Source: Candidatus Eiseniibacteriota bacterium
GTDB taxonomy: Bacteria > Eisenbacteria > RBG-16-71-46 > CAVPCR01
Length of the DNA stretch: 64,000 nucleotides
Assembly: GCA_963823555.1 (NCBI GenBank)
Contig: CAWGMA010000001.1
Coordinates: 1,504,001-1,568,000 of the forward strand
Reading direction: 5' to 3'
This document shows positions 49,510-60,001 of the stretch, in pieces (the stretch's first letter is position 1; each line of letters begins with the position of its first letter). A program made the position numbers and the translations under genes. Under the pieces are notes generated by a model. That model did not search any database and was not told the DNA's origin. It saw only the letters and a program-made list of their open reading frames with translations.

Positions 49510-51567
49510 ATGCACCATCCGCTGCGCCTCAGGCTCTGGGCGCTATCCCTCTCGGTCGCCATCGCCCTGGCGGCGCTTGCGCCGGCCACGCCCAGCTTGC
49601 TGTGCGGCGGGGCTTCACTCGCTCGGGCCGGTGGGCTCGTTGCTTCAGCGGAGCCGCCTTCCCCTGGTGCCGACAGGGGCGGAAACACGGAGACGGCTCT
49701 CGCCGTCCCGGTTCCTCCGCTATCCCTCGATCCGTACCGCGCTCTGCTCGAAGCGCGGGAAGCCGTATCCCAGGGCGACAAAGCTGGTGCCCGGGCCGCA
49801 CTGGCCCGCGCCAGAGCCCTCGATCCCGGTCTCATCGAACCCGATCTCTTCGCGGCGACACTCGACATGCCCTGGGCACTCGGGGATGCCGGGGATCGGC
49901 TGTTCGCCGCCTTCCGCACCGGACGCGACCGCTTCGTGCTCCAGGCGCAAACGCTCGCCGGCGTCGTCTGGGGTGGACTGGCCATCCTGGCTGCGCTGAT
50001 CACTCTCCTTGCTGTGGGTCACGCCTCGGTCGCTGCCCGCCCGCTGCACCACCTGCTCGCGGAACGGTTCGTTCCAGCTCTCACGCCCCGCCTGGCCGCG
50101 GTGGCCGCTGGACTTGTTCTCATCCTGCCGCTCGTTCTCGGCGCTGGCCCACTGGCCGGCGCGCTGGCTGTTCTCGTCCTGGCCGCACCGCTCGGCGCCC
50201 GACGACCGCTCGCCCTGGCCGCGGTCGGCGCCTGCCTCATTCTCGCCCTTGGCCTGGCTCCGTATTTTGCGCCATCCGTCCTCCGCCCGGCGGACTTCCG
50301 CGATCAGGCGCCTTTGCTCGACTACGCCGATCATGCGCCCCTCACTCCGGAGCTCGGCGCACGACTCGCCCAGGTCGCCGAGTCCGGTAACGATCTCGCG
50401 CTTCTCGTCCACGCCAACGCGCTGCAGAGAGCCCAGCGCTTCGCGGAGGCCGAGCCCCTGCTATTGCGCTATTGCGAGCGCCAGCCCAGTGACTTTCGAG
50501 GCCCCCTGAGCGTTGGCAATGCCCTCATGCGCCTGGGCGACACGCGGACCGCGGTCCGCTTCTTTCGCCAAGCGCAAGCGCTCGCCCCCTCCGCTCCCGA
50601 ACCGCTGCTCAATCTGGCTCTTGCCTACTCCCAGTTGATGCAGTTCGAGATGGCCAACGAAGCCCTGGCCGCTGCGAGCCAGATCGACCCCGAGGCGGTT
50701 GCGACGATCAACAGCGCCAGCGCTTCCGCCGCGGCGGCGCCCGTGGAGGCGCGTCTGCGGGCTGCCGAGTTGTGGCGTCTCTTCGAGGCCGAGCGGGCGA
50801 GTCTGGGCGCCGAACCACCCGCCAGCATCCAGGTGTGGATGCCCTGGAGGGGAGGCGTGCTGTGGCCCCTCGGTCTTGCCCTGCTCGGTGTGGCCTGGCA
50901 TCTGCGGCGAACCCTCGCCAGGAAGGCCTTCCCGGCCCCTTGCGCGGCGTGCGGACGGATGGTCTGCTCGCGCTGCGCGGCGCAGCGGCCAGGCCTGACG
51001 CTCTGTCGCGTGTGCTGGAAGCGAATCGGCGATATACCTGCCGATGATGCGCTGCAACGTCTCATCGCTGCCGAGCGGCTGAAGCGACGCGGGCGCGACC
51101 GGCTGTCGCGCCTCGTCTGGAACCTCCTCGTCCCAGGTCACGGACTGATCAAGGCCGGGCACCACATCGCGGCGGCGCTCATGTACGCGATCATTGCCGT
51201 GACCGGAGTCGCCTTCCTCACCGGAGGCCACCCTGTCGTGCCGCTCCCGGCTGCACCGGGGAGCGCCGGGAACATGTTCGGACCGCAAAGCTACGGTCTG
51301 TTGCTGGCTCTGACCCTGGCCGCGACCGCGGCACTCAGCATCAGCGCCCGCCCGAGCCTCGGCCGCTCCACGCGCGGCCGCTTGGTGCCACTCGACCACC
51401 ATCATCCCTCCGCCGCCCGGGACATCGGCCGCCCGGCACCGTCTCCAGCGCACAGGAGCCGCCCGGCAGCGCAACGAGACTGGCATGAAGAGAGGGACGT
51501 TCCTGCCCCCCATCGGCAGCGGGAAGAGGGCAACCGGGCGGATCGCCGCACGGGAACGGATGACTAG
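49510..51567 (+). CDS. Membrane protein with TPR repeats and a Cys-rich zinc-finger-like segment
   Basis: Signal peptide, TM bundle, TPRs (GNALMRLGD..A..FFRQAQALAP, NLALAYSQL), CAACGRMVCSRC..LCRVC, LVPGHGLI. Confidence 0.75.
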   Translation: MHHPLRLRLWALSLSVAIALAALAPATPSLLCGGASLARAGGLVASAEPPSPGADRGGNTETALAVPVPPLSLDPYRALLEAREAVSQGDKAGARAALARARALDPGLIEPDLFAATLDMPWALGDAGDRLFAAFRTGRDRFVLQAQTLAGVVWGGLAILAALITLLAVGHASVAARPLHHLLAERFVPALTPRLAAVAAGLVLILPLVLGAGPLAGALAVLVLAAPLGARRPLALAAVGACLILALGLAPYFAPSVLRPADFRDQAPLLDYADHAPLTPELGARLAQVAESGNDLALLVHANALQRAQRFAEAEPLLLRYCERQPSDFRGPLSVGNALMRLGDTRTAVRFFRQAQALAPSAPEPLLNLALAYSQLMQFEMANEALAAASQIDPEAVATINSASASAAAAPVEARLRAAELWRLFEAERASLGAEPPASIQVWMPWRGGVLWPLGLALLGVAWHLRRTLARKAFPAPCAACGRMVCSRCAAQRPGLTLCRVCWKRIGDIPADDALQRLIAAERLKRRGRDRLSRLVWNLLVPGHGLIKAGHHIAAALMYAIIAVTGVAFLTGGHPVVPLPAAPGSAGNMFGPQSYGLLLALTLAATAALSISARPSLGRSTRGRLVPLDHHHPSAARDIGRPAPSPAHRSRPAAQRDWHEERDVPAPHRQREEGNRADRRTGTDD

Positions 51568-51615
51568 GGGCCGCAACCAGGCCGGGACGCCGCAGATCGA
51601 GAGGAATGAACGAAC

Positions 51616-52740
51616 ATGGCGCTGACGGGGAACATCGCTGACTGGAGCCTCGCCGATCTCCTGCAGATCGTCGCCGCCGAGCGCAAGACCGGAGCCCTCA
51701 CCCTGACGCGTGACGGCGAGGAAGTACGCCTCGAATTCAGCGCCGGCCTTCTCGTCAACGCGAGCGAGAGACGGATCGGGCAAGAACGCTCCGGCCGCTC
51801 CCGACCCTCGCGACGACCCGCGAGGAATGAGCCGCCGGGCGGCTTCCTCGCCTTCTTGATCAAGAGCGGCCACATCAAGCCGGACCAGGCTCGATCCGTG
51901 ATCCTCCTGGGGCGAGAAACCGGCGAGGACACTGCGAACGCCATCCTCAAGGCCCAGCTCCTCGATCCTGAATCCCTCGGAGAGGCCATGGCGGCCTATG
52001 CGCAGGACCTCTTCTCACGCGTGCTCTCGTGGGAGGAAGCCGACTACACATTCCTCGCCGAGAAAGGGAAGCCGGAAAGGAAGGGTCGGAGCCACAAGCC
52101 GACAGGGAGCGGGCCCATCGCGCTCAATACCGAGGGTCTTCTCCTCGAGGGTATGCGCCGCATTGACGAACAACCGCGAATCGGGCAGGTCGTCCAGCCG
52201 GGAACCGTGTTCGTGCGTGCCGCGGGCGCTCCGGCGCCTGTCGACCTCGACGATCGCGAGGCGACAGTCCTCGAGCTGGTCGATGGATCCCGCGATGCCC
52301 GCACGCTGGCGGCCACGGTCCAGCTCGGCGAGTACGAGGCTTATGAAGCGCTTTTCCTCCTGCACCAGGCTGGCCTCATCGCCGAGCGCGCTGGCCCGCC
52401 GATCGTGCGCCTGCGGCCACGACACCGAGAGCAAGGCCCATCAGCTCCGCAATCGGCCTGGTTGCATGTCGTGGCCCTGGCCTTGATCCTGGGTGCCTCT
52501 CTCGTCTTCCGGCTAGCGGCCTTTGGCACAATCTGGCCACGCCAGTCTGCTCTCACGTTCGAAGCGCCGCCCCTGACCGAACGCGATCTGGCTGCTCTCC
52601 ACTTCGCTGCCGAGCTCTACACCGCATACACCGGTCACGAGGCCGAGAGTGTCGATGCGCTCGTCCATGCGGGCCTATTGCCTGGCGGCTTCGGCCGCTG
52701 GGACCAGGCGTCGATTCCTCGCCACGCGACACGTCGCTGA
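51616..52740 (+). CDS. DUF4388 (PatA N-terminal-like) domain protein
   Basis: MALTGNIADWSLADLLQIVAAERKTGAL, WEEADYTF, LLLEGMRRIDE, LELVDGSR; C-terminal TM helix; GAGGA RBS. Confidence 0.85.
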   Translation: MALTGNIADWSLADLLQIVAAERKTGALTLTRDGEEVRLEFSAGLLVNASERRIGQERSGRSRPSRRPARNEPPGGFLAFLIKSGHIKPDQARSVILLGRETGEDTANAILKAQLLDPESLGEAMAAYAQDLFSRVLSWEEADYTFLAEKGKPERKGRSHKPTGSGPIALNTEGLLLEGMRRIDEQPRIGQVVQPGTVFVRAAGAPAPVDLDDREATVLELVDGSRDARTLAATVQLGEYEAYEALFLLHQAGLIAERAGPPIVRLRPRHREQGPSAPQSAWLHVVALALILGASLVFRLAAFGTIWPRQSALTFEAPPLTERDLAALHFAAELYTAYTGHEAESVDALVHAGLLPGGFGRWDQASIPRHATRR

Positions 52741-52763
52741 CGACGTCAGCCACTCTCCGGCGC

Positions 52764-53351
52764 TCATTCGCCCTCGTCCATCGCCCAGGTGGTGGCCAGC
52801 AGATGGCTCACGGCCGCCAGCAAGTCGGCGTGCACTCGCGCCGGATCGATGTCCGGGATGACATCCTGCGATCGGCGGTCCGCGACGAGAGCCGACTCCC
52901 CTTGCCCCGTTCGAACGAGCAGGCCTCCTCCGAGAAGGGTCTCACCAAGCGTCACGTCCTCCCGCTTGTCGCCAACGGCAAAGGACCGGCTGAGATCCAG
53001 TCCGTGGTCCTGAGCGGCTGCGCGGACAAGGGCGCCGCGGGGCTTGCGACAATCGCAACCCTGATCCGGTCGATGCGGACAGACGTAGATCGCATCGAGC
53101 CGTGCTCCCTCCGCGGCCAGGAGCTCCGCCAGTCTCCGGTGTTGAAGATCGAGGTCGTGCGCCGTGAACAACCCGCGTCCGATACCCGACTGATTGGTGA
53201 GGAGAATCGCCAGGATGCCACGGGCATTGAGCAGACGGATCGCCACGGCGGCCCCCGGCAACAGGGCGATCTGATCCGCGGATCGCGCGTAGCCACGGTC
53301 CTCGATCAATGTGCCATCGCGATCGATGAAGCAGGCCCGGCGCCCCATCAT
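52764..53351 (-). CDS. gmhB: D-glycero-D-manno-heptose 1,7-bisphosphate phosphatase (HAD IIIA)
   Basis: FIDRDGTL, TNQSGIGRG, CPHRPDQGCDCRKP, VGDK, LVRTGQG. Confidence 0.9.
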   Translation of the reverse strand: MMGRRACFIDRDGTLIEDRGYARSADQIALLPGAAVAIRLLNARGILAILLTNQSGIGRGLFTAHDLDLQHRRLAELLAAEGARLDAIYVCPHRPDQGCDCRKPRGALVRAAAQDHGLDLSRSFAVGDKREDVTLGETLLGGGLLVRTGQGESALVADRRSQDVIPDIDPARVHADLLAAVSHLLATTWAMDEGE

Positions 53352-54415
53352 GATTGCTCCTCTGGCTTGCCACCGGAGGGTCGAGACACGCCCAGCTCCA
53401 GGTCGGCTGCGGCCATCACGGCCTCGACCGAGATCCGCTCGAGGCAGACGAAATCGATCCCGCAGCGACGGCTATAGCATGGGGCACACGGTGGACGTTC
53501 CGCGGCGATCACCACTCGTCCACCGCGCGGGCCCGTCCAGTCGGGCTCGGTGGACCCGAAGATACCGATGGTAGGCGTACCGACCGCTCGGGCCAGGTGC
53601 ATGGGCCCCGAGTCGTTGCTGACCACGACCCTGGCGCCGGCAAGCACGGCCGCCAGCGCCGCCACATCCGTGCGGCCGGCGCAGTCGACGACACGGGCGG
53701 CTGCGCGCGGCGCACCGATCGCCTCATTCACCGCCGCTGTCACCAACCTATCGCCGGGACCTCCGACCAGCACCACGTCGAGACCGTGACGCTCCGCCAG
53801 AGCGGCTCCGACCTGGGCGAACCGCGCCGCCGGCCAGCGCTTGGTGGGGCCGAAGGTGGCTCCAGGCGCCAGTACGGCATACGGCCGCTCGCTGATGAGC
53901 GCGCGCGCGCGGCGCCGGGCCTCTTCGCTCACGTGCACTTCGGGCTCCGCGGCAGGCACGCCAAGATCGAGCAGCGCGACAACACTACGGTACTCCTCCA
54001 GGAGGTGTGCCCCACCCCGCGCTCCGCGGCGCGCTCGCCGCGTGAAGCACCAGCGGCGCGCTGGTCCATCGAAGCCGACTCGTTCCGGTGCTGCCACCAG
54101 GCGAGCGAAGAACGCCGCGGACGGTGTCGACGGCAGTACCACATGCCGCGCGTAGCCGGCTCGGCGCAGCGACCTGGTGATGGAGAGAAAGGAGCCAGGA
54201 TGCCCGTGCTCGCCGTGGCGCTCGTAACGAATCGCGCGACGCACGACCGGGTGCCCTTGAGTCACGGCCAGCGCCGTCGGATTGCCGCAGACATCCACGA
54301 TCGGGGGCGACTGCAGGCGCCCGATTCCGGCCAGAAGCCCTGTGGCCAGCACGGCATCGCCCAGCCAGTTCGGAAGCGAGATCAGAATCGCTCCGCTGCT
54401 TCCATGCTCGTTCAC
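53348..54415 (-). CDS. waaF: Lipopolysaccharide heptosyltransferase II (GT9)
   Basis: PNWLGDAV, APGATFGPTKRWP, SNDSGPMHLA, IFGST, CAPC; GTG start at 54415. Confidence 0.88.
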   Translation of the reverse strand: MNEHGSSGAILISLPNWLGDAVLATGLLAGIGRLQSPPIVDVCGNPTALAVTQGHPVVRRAIRYERHGEHGHPGSFLSITRSLRRAGYARHVVLPSTPSAAFFARLVAAPERVGFDGPARRWCFTRRARRGARGGAHLLEEYRSVVALLDLGVPAAEPEVHVSEEARRRARALISERPYAVLAPGATFGPTKRWPAARFAQVGAALAERHGLDVVLVGGPGDRLVTAAVNEAIGAPRAAARVVDCAGRTDVAALAAVLAGARVVVSNDSGPMHLARAVGTPTIGIFGSTEPDWTGPRGGRVVIAAERPPCAPCYSRRCGIDFVCLERISVEAVMAAADLELGVSRPSGGKPEEQS

Positions 54416-54477
54416 TCGGTGTCCGATCCTCGGCGCGCCGCGCTCTGTGCGCGCATCGTCCAGCACATCGACAGCGA

Positions 54478-56991
54478 TCAGTGCGGCAGCGCCGAGGCAT
54501 CGCCCTGCGAGAGTTGGGCAAGCGCGTCGCTCGCCCTGGTGTCGCTCGGATGCGATTGCAGCCAGTCGGCGAGCAGCTGCCGGGCTTCGGCGGGGCGCCC
54601 GGCATCCCACTCGACGCGGGCCAGCCACAGGGTCGGCTCGATGAACTGCCCGCCCGCGAGCTCGATCGCTCGAGACAAGGTGTCGCGAGCCTCATCCATC
54701 CGCCCCTGGCGGAAGAGGGCAACGCCCAACCGATACTCGGCATCCAGGCTGGCGGGGTCCCGCGACAGCGCGAAGCGGAAGAGCGATTCCGCCTCCACCG
54801 AGTGGCCGAGGTCACACAGCAAGGCCCCGCGCATGGTGGCGATATCGGGGCGGCCGGGAGCTATCGCGTCACAGCGGATGAACATCTGCAACGCTTCGTC
54901 GTAGCGACCGCGGGTCTGCAGCTCATAGCCCAGCTCCGCGAAGTGCACCACGTAGTTGTGAATCAAGTACGACCCGGTGTCATCGATGTGAACGCTCTGA
55001 TCCCGCGTGTCGTCCGCCTTGAGAACCCCGCGATACAGGTAATTCTCGAAGGCGTTGGCGTACGCCGTGTCGAAGTCGAGCGCTCGTGTTGCCGGCTCGG
55101 GCAGCAACTTGAAGACCATTCCCTGGAAGACCAGCTGTCGATCGAACCCGACGCGGTCGGGAACGGTGACCGCGAAATAGACCGGACGCCGGTAGTCGTT
55201 CGTCGCGATGATATGCCGAACAGCGGCATCCTTGACCGTCCCCGGCTCATAACTGCCATCCGGATGCAGGACCACCAGTCCCAACCGCTCGTGCACAGCC
55301 ACCCGCATGCTATCGATGTCGGCATCGCTCCACGTGATCGGGACCCGGGGCTCGAGGTCGCGTAGCTGCTTGATGTACCAGCCAGTATTGAGCAGGCTCA
55401 GGCATGCCACCCGGACATCCTTGCGAAGCCCTTCGACCTCCTGCAGATACCACAATGGAAACGTGTCATTGTCACCGTTGGTGAAGATGATGGCATTGGG
55501 CTCGAGGAAATTGAGGATGTTGTAGGCATAGTCCCGGGCCACGAAGTTCCCGCGCCGGTCGTGGCTGGCGAATCCGGTGCGCAAGGGCAGGAGCCCGAGG
55601 ACGATACCCAGGACGGCCGCCACCGGGACCAGGCGCCGGGCCCGTTGACCGCGCGCCAGCTCCGCGATGAGCGCCGAGATCCCGATGCCGATCCACATGG
55701 CGAAGATCTGGAACGAAGGGGCGAAGAAGTAGTCGCGCTCGCGCACCTCCCCGATCTCCCACCGCCCGGTGGCCTGGTTGAAGGTGCCGCTCAGATTGAG
55801 GTAGAGGATGAGGAGCAGGCTCATCACCAGGAAGTGGGTGAGCATCATGACACCGTCGCGCGGGCGGCGCATGAAAAGAGCGATGGCGCCGAGAACGCCG
55901 AGCGCGAGGGGCACCACGACGCCGAGGAGTCCGTTCTGATAGCTCAGTACGAACTGCTCTCGCAGGTAGTAGAGATACAGGCGATCGATCTGGAAGAAGA
56001 ACGGCGCCCGGCGCTCGAGGATGTTGGTGGGCGGATACTGCTTCCGCGTCAAGACGTCCCATAGCGCCTGCCAGTTCTTCGGCGCCGCTTCGTTGATGCT
56101 CGGATCGAGCTGGGAGCGGATGAGGAGATAGAGATGGACGCTCAGTCCGAGGAAGAAGAGCACGATGAGCGCCGTAACGAAACCACGGCGTTGCGTGACA
56201 CCGAGCATGGCCGCGGCCACGACCGCCGCGAGGATCCAGAAGCTCTGCCCCCCCTCCATTCTCCAGTGCAGAACGACGAGCACCGCCGGGAGCACGACGC
56301 ACCACAGGACGAGGTCACGCGTGGTCAGGATCGCATGACGACGTTCGAGCGCCACCAGGACGATCAGCCCGGGCAGGATGAGGTAGGTTCCGAGATGGAT
56401 GCCGATGGTGAGACTCAAGAGGTAGAACACGAGGAGCAGGGCCTTGCCGTCACCGCCGGGCTCGCCGCGCTCGGCGGCATCGCGCCACACGAGGGTGGCC
56501 CACAGCGCGATCGCCATCACCATGTTGGAGAGCGAGTAGACCTCGGCTTCGATCGAGTTGACCCAGCAGGTGTTGGCGAAGGCGGTGAAGAGTCCCGCTG
56601 CGATCGCTCCCACCAGGGTCGCGATGCCTCCGCTCGGCTCGCGCAGGTTCATCGAGCGAAGGAGGCGAGCCGTGGCGAGGATGGTGAAGAAGACCGCTGC
56701 CGCTCCGGCCACCGCCGACAGCCCATTCACCCGCTCGGCCACCGTGCCGAACGGCAACAGGGTGGCGACGCGACCGAGGAGGATATAGAGGGGCGTCCCC
56801 GGCGGATGCGGAATGCCGAGGATCCAGCTTGTGGCAATGAACTCGCCCGCATCCCAGAACGGCGTCGTCTCCCCCATTCCGATGAAGTAGACGATGAGCG
56901 CCAGCAAGCTCACGGCCACGGCCATGGGCGCCACGAGGCGCGAGGCGATGTCGCTCTCGATCTTCGTCTCCTCGAGACTACTTGCGGTCAT
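54478..56991 (-). CDS. DUF2723 (TMEM260-like, GT-C) membrane protein with C-terminal TPRs
   Basis: FWDAGEFIA, GIPHPPGTPLY, EAEVYS, EVRERDYFF, FTNGDNDTFPLWYLQEVEGLRKDV, SLLNTGWY, RPVYFAVTV. Confidence 0.88.
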   Translation of the reverse strand: MTASSLEETKIESDIASRLVAPMAVAVSLLALIVYFIGMGETTPFWDAGEFIATSWILGIPHPPGTPLYILLGRVATLLPFGTVAERVNGLSAVAGAAAVFFTILATARLLRSMNLREPSGGIATLVGAIAAGLFTAFANTCWVNSIEAEVYSLSNMVMAIALWATLVWRDAAERGEPGGDGKALLLVFYLLSLTIGIHLGTYLILPGLIVLVALERRHAILTTRDLVLWCVVLPAVLVVLHWRMEGGQSFWILAAVVAAAMLGVTQRRGFVTALIVLFFLGLSVHLYLLIRSQLDPSINEAAPKNWQALWDVLTRKQYPPTNILERRAPFFFQIDRLYLYYLREQFVLSYQNGLLGVVVPLALGVLGAIALFMRRPRDGVMMLTHFLVMSLLLILYLNLSGTFNQATGRWEIGEVRERDYFFAPSFQIFAMWIGIGISALIAELARGQRARRLVPVAAVLGIVLGLLPLRTGFASHDRRGNFVARDYAYNILNFLEPNAIIFTNGDNDTFPLWYLQEVEGLRKDVRVACLSLLNTGWYIKQLRDLEPRVPITWSDADIDSMRVAVHERLGLVVLHPDGSYEPGTVKDAAVRHIIATNDYRRPVYFAVTVPDRVGFDRQLVFQGMVFKLLPEPATRALDFDTAYANAFENYLYRGVLKADDTRDQSVHIDDTGSYLIHNYVVHFAELGYELQTRGRYDEALQMFIRCDAIAPGRPDIATMRGALLCDLGHSVEAESLFRFALSRDPASLDAEYRLGVALFRQGRMDEARDTLSRAIELAGGQFIEPTLWLARVEWDAGRPAEARQLLADWLQSHPSDTRASDALAQLSQGDASALPH

Positions 56992-58075
56992 CCTGAAGAC
57001 TCCCCGTCCGTGCCCGGTCTTCCGACCCGGCACTGGCCGCCTCCGATTCGACCTCCGGACCCCGATCCGCGCCCGGCGCGCGCGCGCGGCGACCACGCCC
57101 TCCCGCCCTGGCGAGGAGGATGGCCGCCCCCGGTGAGCTCACGGCGACCGCGACCAAGTAGGCCAGAAGCTGCATGGCCGAGGCCGCCGCGGCCCCGACC
57201 CCGAGCAACCCGAAGAGCACCGCCCCCATGCTCTCCCGGACTCCGATCCCCCCGATCGAGACCGGCACCGCCACGGCCACTGCCAGCAACGGCACAAACA
57301 GGAAGAAATACCGGACCCCCAACTCGATGTCCAGCGCCCGCGCGACCTGCGTATGCGCCAGGATCCGTATCGCCTGAACCGCGACCGCCACCAGAAAGAG
57401 GAGGCCCCGCCCGCGCGCCATCCGCAGACGGGTCAGGGCCGCCTCCACACGATCGATCCGCCCCCCGATCCGCACCGGGAGCGGCCGGGCGACCGTCCTC
57501 AGCACGAGACGACTCGCCGGACTCATAACGATCGCAAGGCCGCCGATGCTGAGCCCGGCGTTGACGGCAGCTGCCATGAGGACATACCGCCCCGTAGAGC
57601 TCGTTGCGAGCTCCTGGGCGCCGAACAGCGAGATCAAGCCGATCACTCCCAGCACGCCGAGCCCGAGCAGGCGGTCGACCAGGGTCGCCGCCGCCGCGGC
57701 ACTTCCCTGTCCCCCTTCCCGGGCCGTACCGAGCACCCGCGCCAGATCTCCCCCCGCCCCGGTTGGCAGGACCAGGTTGCCGAACGCCCCGGCAAAGTAG
57801 TAGGTCACGACCCGCCCCCAGGCGAGGTCCACTCCCGCCGTCCGGAGCAATCGCCCCCATTGCCAGCTACCGAGAAGATGCGACACCGCGAGCAGGCTCG
57901 CCGCGGCCAGGAGCCGCGACGGCGAGGCGCCACCCATCGTGGCCAGCAACGATTCGACGCCGATTCGCCGCAGGAGCCAGGCCATGAGGCCCAGCGAGAC
58001 CGCCACCTTGACGGCCAAGAGGAGGGCAGGACGCAGCTTCCCGCGGTGTGGCTCCGCCATCTGGGGAACGGTCAT
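56978..58075 (-). CDS. Lysylphosphatidylglycerol-synthase-TM / UPF0104 flippase-like membrane protein
   Basis: FGNLVLPTGAGGDLAR, VDRLLGL, PVSIGGIGVRE. Confidence 0.85.
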   Translation of the reverse strand: MTVPQMAEPHRGKLRPALLLAVKVAVSLGLMAWLLRRIGVESLLATMGGASPSRLLAAASLLAVSHLLGSWQWGRLLRTAGVDLAWGRVVTYYFAGAFGNLVLPTGAGGDLARVLGTAREGGQGSAAAAATLVDRLLGLGVLGVIGLISLFGAQELATSSTGRYVLMAAAVNAGLSIGGLAIVMSPASRLVLRTVARPLPVRIGGRIDRVEAALTRLRMARGRGLLFLVAVAVQAIRILAHTQVARALDIELGVRYFFLFVPLLAVAVAVPVSIGGIGVRESMGAVLFGLLGVGAAAASAMQLLAYLVAVAVSSPGAAILLARAGGRGRRARAPGADRGPEVESEAASAGSEDRARTGSLQDDRK

Positions 58076-59199
58076 GACCCACTTCCTCCCGCGCTCCGGT
58101 CAGACGTGGCCACGCTCTCGGCCAGGGCCAGCGCTTCAGCGGCCGCCCGCTCCCAGGTGAACCCGAGGGCGAACTCCCGTCCTCCGCGACCGAGGCGGTC
58201 TCGCAGCGCGGAGTCGCCAAGGATGCGCACCAGGGCCGCCGCGAGGGCACCCGGATCCCCGTACGGCACGAGGAGGCCCGTCACTCCATCGATCACCGAG
58301 TCCATCAGGCCAGGCACGCGAGTCGCCACCGTCGGCGTACCACAGGCATTCCCCTCCAGCATGGTGAGGCCCCAGCCCTCCTTCACCGAGGCGCTGGCGA
58401 CCACCCAGGCGCGGCGCAGGAGATCCACCACCTCGGCCTGGGAGCACCGGCCGAGAAAACGGACCCCGGTCACGCGGCGAGCGCGATTCCTGAGCGCCTG
58501 CTCGTAGGGACCGCTGCCCACGATCCATAGCTCGGCTCCCGGCACCTCCCTGCGAACGCCGGGAAGCGCCGCCACCAGGCTCTGGATCCCCTTGTACTGG
58601 CGAATCCGACCCAAGTGCAGGATCGCCGGAGTGTCGCTCCGTGGAGTCTCCGGGTCCGGGTAGTACGTCCCATGATCCACACCCACCGGCACCACGTGCA
58701 CCCGTCCCGCGGCCAGACCGCGCGAAATGAGATCGGTTCGCGTCGATTCCGAGATGACGAGGAAGTCGGTCTGACGATAGGTGCGCGGGATCAACAGCTC
58801 GTGCAGGTAGACATAAGCAGCGAGCGGAAAGGACGCTTCCGCAAACACAGCGGTGCCGAAGAGATGAGGGACGATCGCGAGGACCGGCTCGCGCACGAAT
58901 GCGGGCGTGAAGAAGGGAACCTTGTTGATGTCCTCGATGACCAGATCGAATGACCGACCGCGGAACTCCCGCTCGTAAGCGCGGCGGAGAGCCCAATTGG
59001 CATCGAACCAGCTTCCGCGCCGGATGACCTCGACCCCATCGATCGAATCATGGCGCGCGCCGCCCTTGAAGCCGCTGGCGAGAAGCGTCACCTCGTGCCC
59101 GCGTTCGACGAAGCGGCGCAGGATCTCGTGCAGGTGCACCTCGGCTCCGCCAGCCTCGGGGTGGTGCGGGTCCCGCCAGTTGAAAGCGAGAAACCTCAC
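58072..59199 (-). CDS. Glycosyltransferase family 4
   Basis: NWRDPHHPEAGGAEVH, HLGRIRQYKG, KEGWGLTMLEGNACGTP. Confidence 0.92.
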   Translation of the reverse strand: MRFLAFNWRDPHHPEAGGAEVHLHEILRRFVERGHEVTLLASGFKGGARHDSIDGVEVIRRGSWFDANWALRRAYEREFRGRSFDLVIEDINKVPFFTPAFVREPVLAIVPHLFGTAVFAEASFPLAAYVYLHELLIPRTYRQTDFLVISESTRTDLISRGLAAGRVHVVPVGVDHGTYYPDPETPRSDTPAILHLGRIRQYKGIQSLVAALPGVRREVPGAELWIVGSGPYEQALRNRARRVTGVRFLGRCSQAEVVDLLRRAWVVASASVKEGWGLTMLEGNACGTPTVATRVPGLMDSVIDGVTGLLVPYGDPGALAAALVRILGDSALRDRLGRGGREFALGFTWERAAAEALALAESVATSDRSAGGSGS

Positions 59200-59206
59200 G
59201 GCTCGC

Positions 59207-59995
59207 TCACCGCTTCTCTCCGATCGTCCCGATCACGAGGAAGGTGTAGAAGGCGAGCCGGCGCGGGCGGAACCAGCGCCGGAAGGCCGCGCTCGCCGAT
59301 CCGATTCCTGCGAGCTCAGGCGGATACAACGGCAAGGAGATGCCGATCTTGCGGAGCGCGTAACGGACGGACCGGTAACCGAGCCCTGGGACCATCCAGT
59401 CGCCGTAACGATGAAGGATGCGAAATCCATGATGCTCGACCAGCCCCTCGAGCTCGCCAATCGAGTACTCGGTCTCCCACCCGGCGAACCAGCGATTCAG
59501 TGCGATCAGCACGTGCTTCATCGCCGTGTAGAGATGAAAGCGCTGCGGAACATCGACCAGGACGTGACCCGCATCCACCAGAACCCGTCGGTTCTCGTGG
59601 AGAAGCGGCGACGGATCGCGGAAATGCTCCATCAGTCCCTGATGGAAGACCACGTCGAAGGCACGATCCCGGAAAGGCATCTGCGTGCAGTCGGCACAAA
59701 CCAGATCGACCGCGGTCCCGCTGCGCCGCGCCAGCCGCTGCACGATGCGCAACGCCTCCAGAGTGTAGTCGAGAACGAACGGCCGCGCGCCATGAGCCGC
59801 CAGCTCGAGCGAATCGCGACCCGAACCGGCCCCGACCTCCAGCACCTTCGCCCCCGCCAGCTGCCGCACCTTCACGAGCTCCGCCGCGATCCGGCCCTCG
59901 TTCGAGTAGACCTGATCGATATCCCGGTTCTCGTCCCAGAAGGCGGACCAATGCGCTTTGGTCGATTCGCGTTTCAGCATCGTCTGCGCTGGCAC
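59207..59995 (-). CDS. Class I SAM-dependent methyltransferase
   Basis: VLEVGAGSGRDS, MPFRDRAFDVVFHQGLMEHF. Confidence 0.9.
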   Translation of the reverse strand: MPAQTMLKRESTKAHWSAFWDENRDIDQVYSNEGRIAAELVKVRQLAGAKVLEVGAGSGRDSLELAAHGARPFVLDYTLEALRIVQRLARRSGTAVDLVCADCTQMPFRDRAFDVVFHQGLMEHFRDPSPLLHENRRVLVDAGHVLVDVPQRFHLYTAMKHVLIALNRWFAGWETEYSIGELEGLVEHHGFRILHRYGDWMVPGLGYRSVRYALRKIGISLPLYPPELAGIGSASAAFRRWFRPRRLAFYTFLVIGTIGEKR

Positions 59996-60001
59996 AAGCC
60001 G

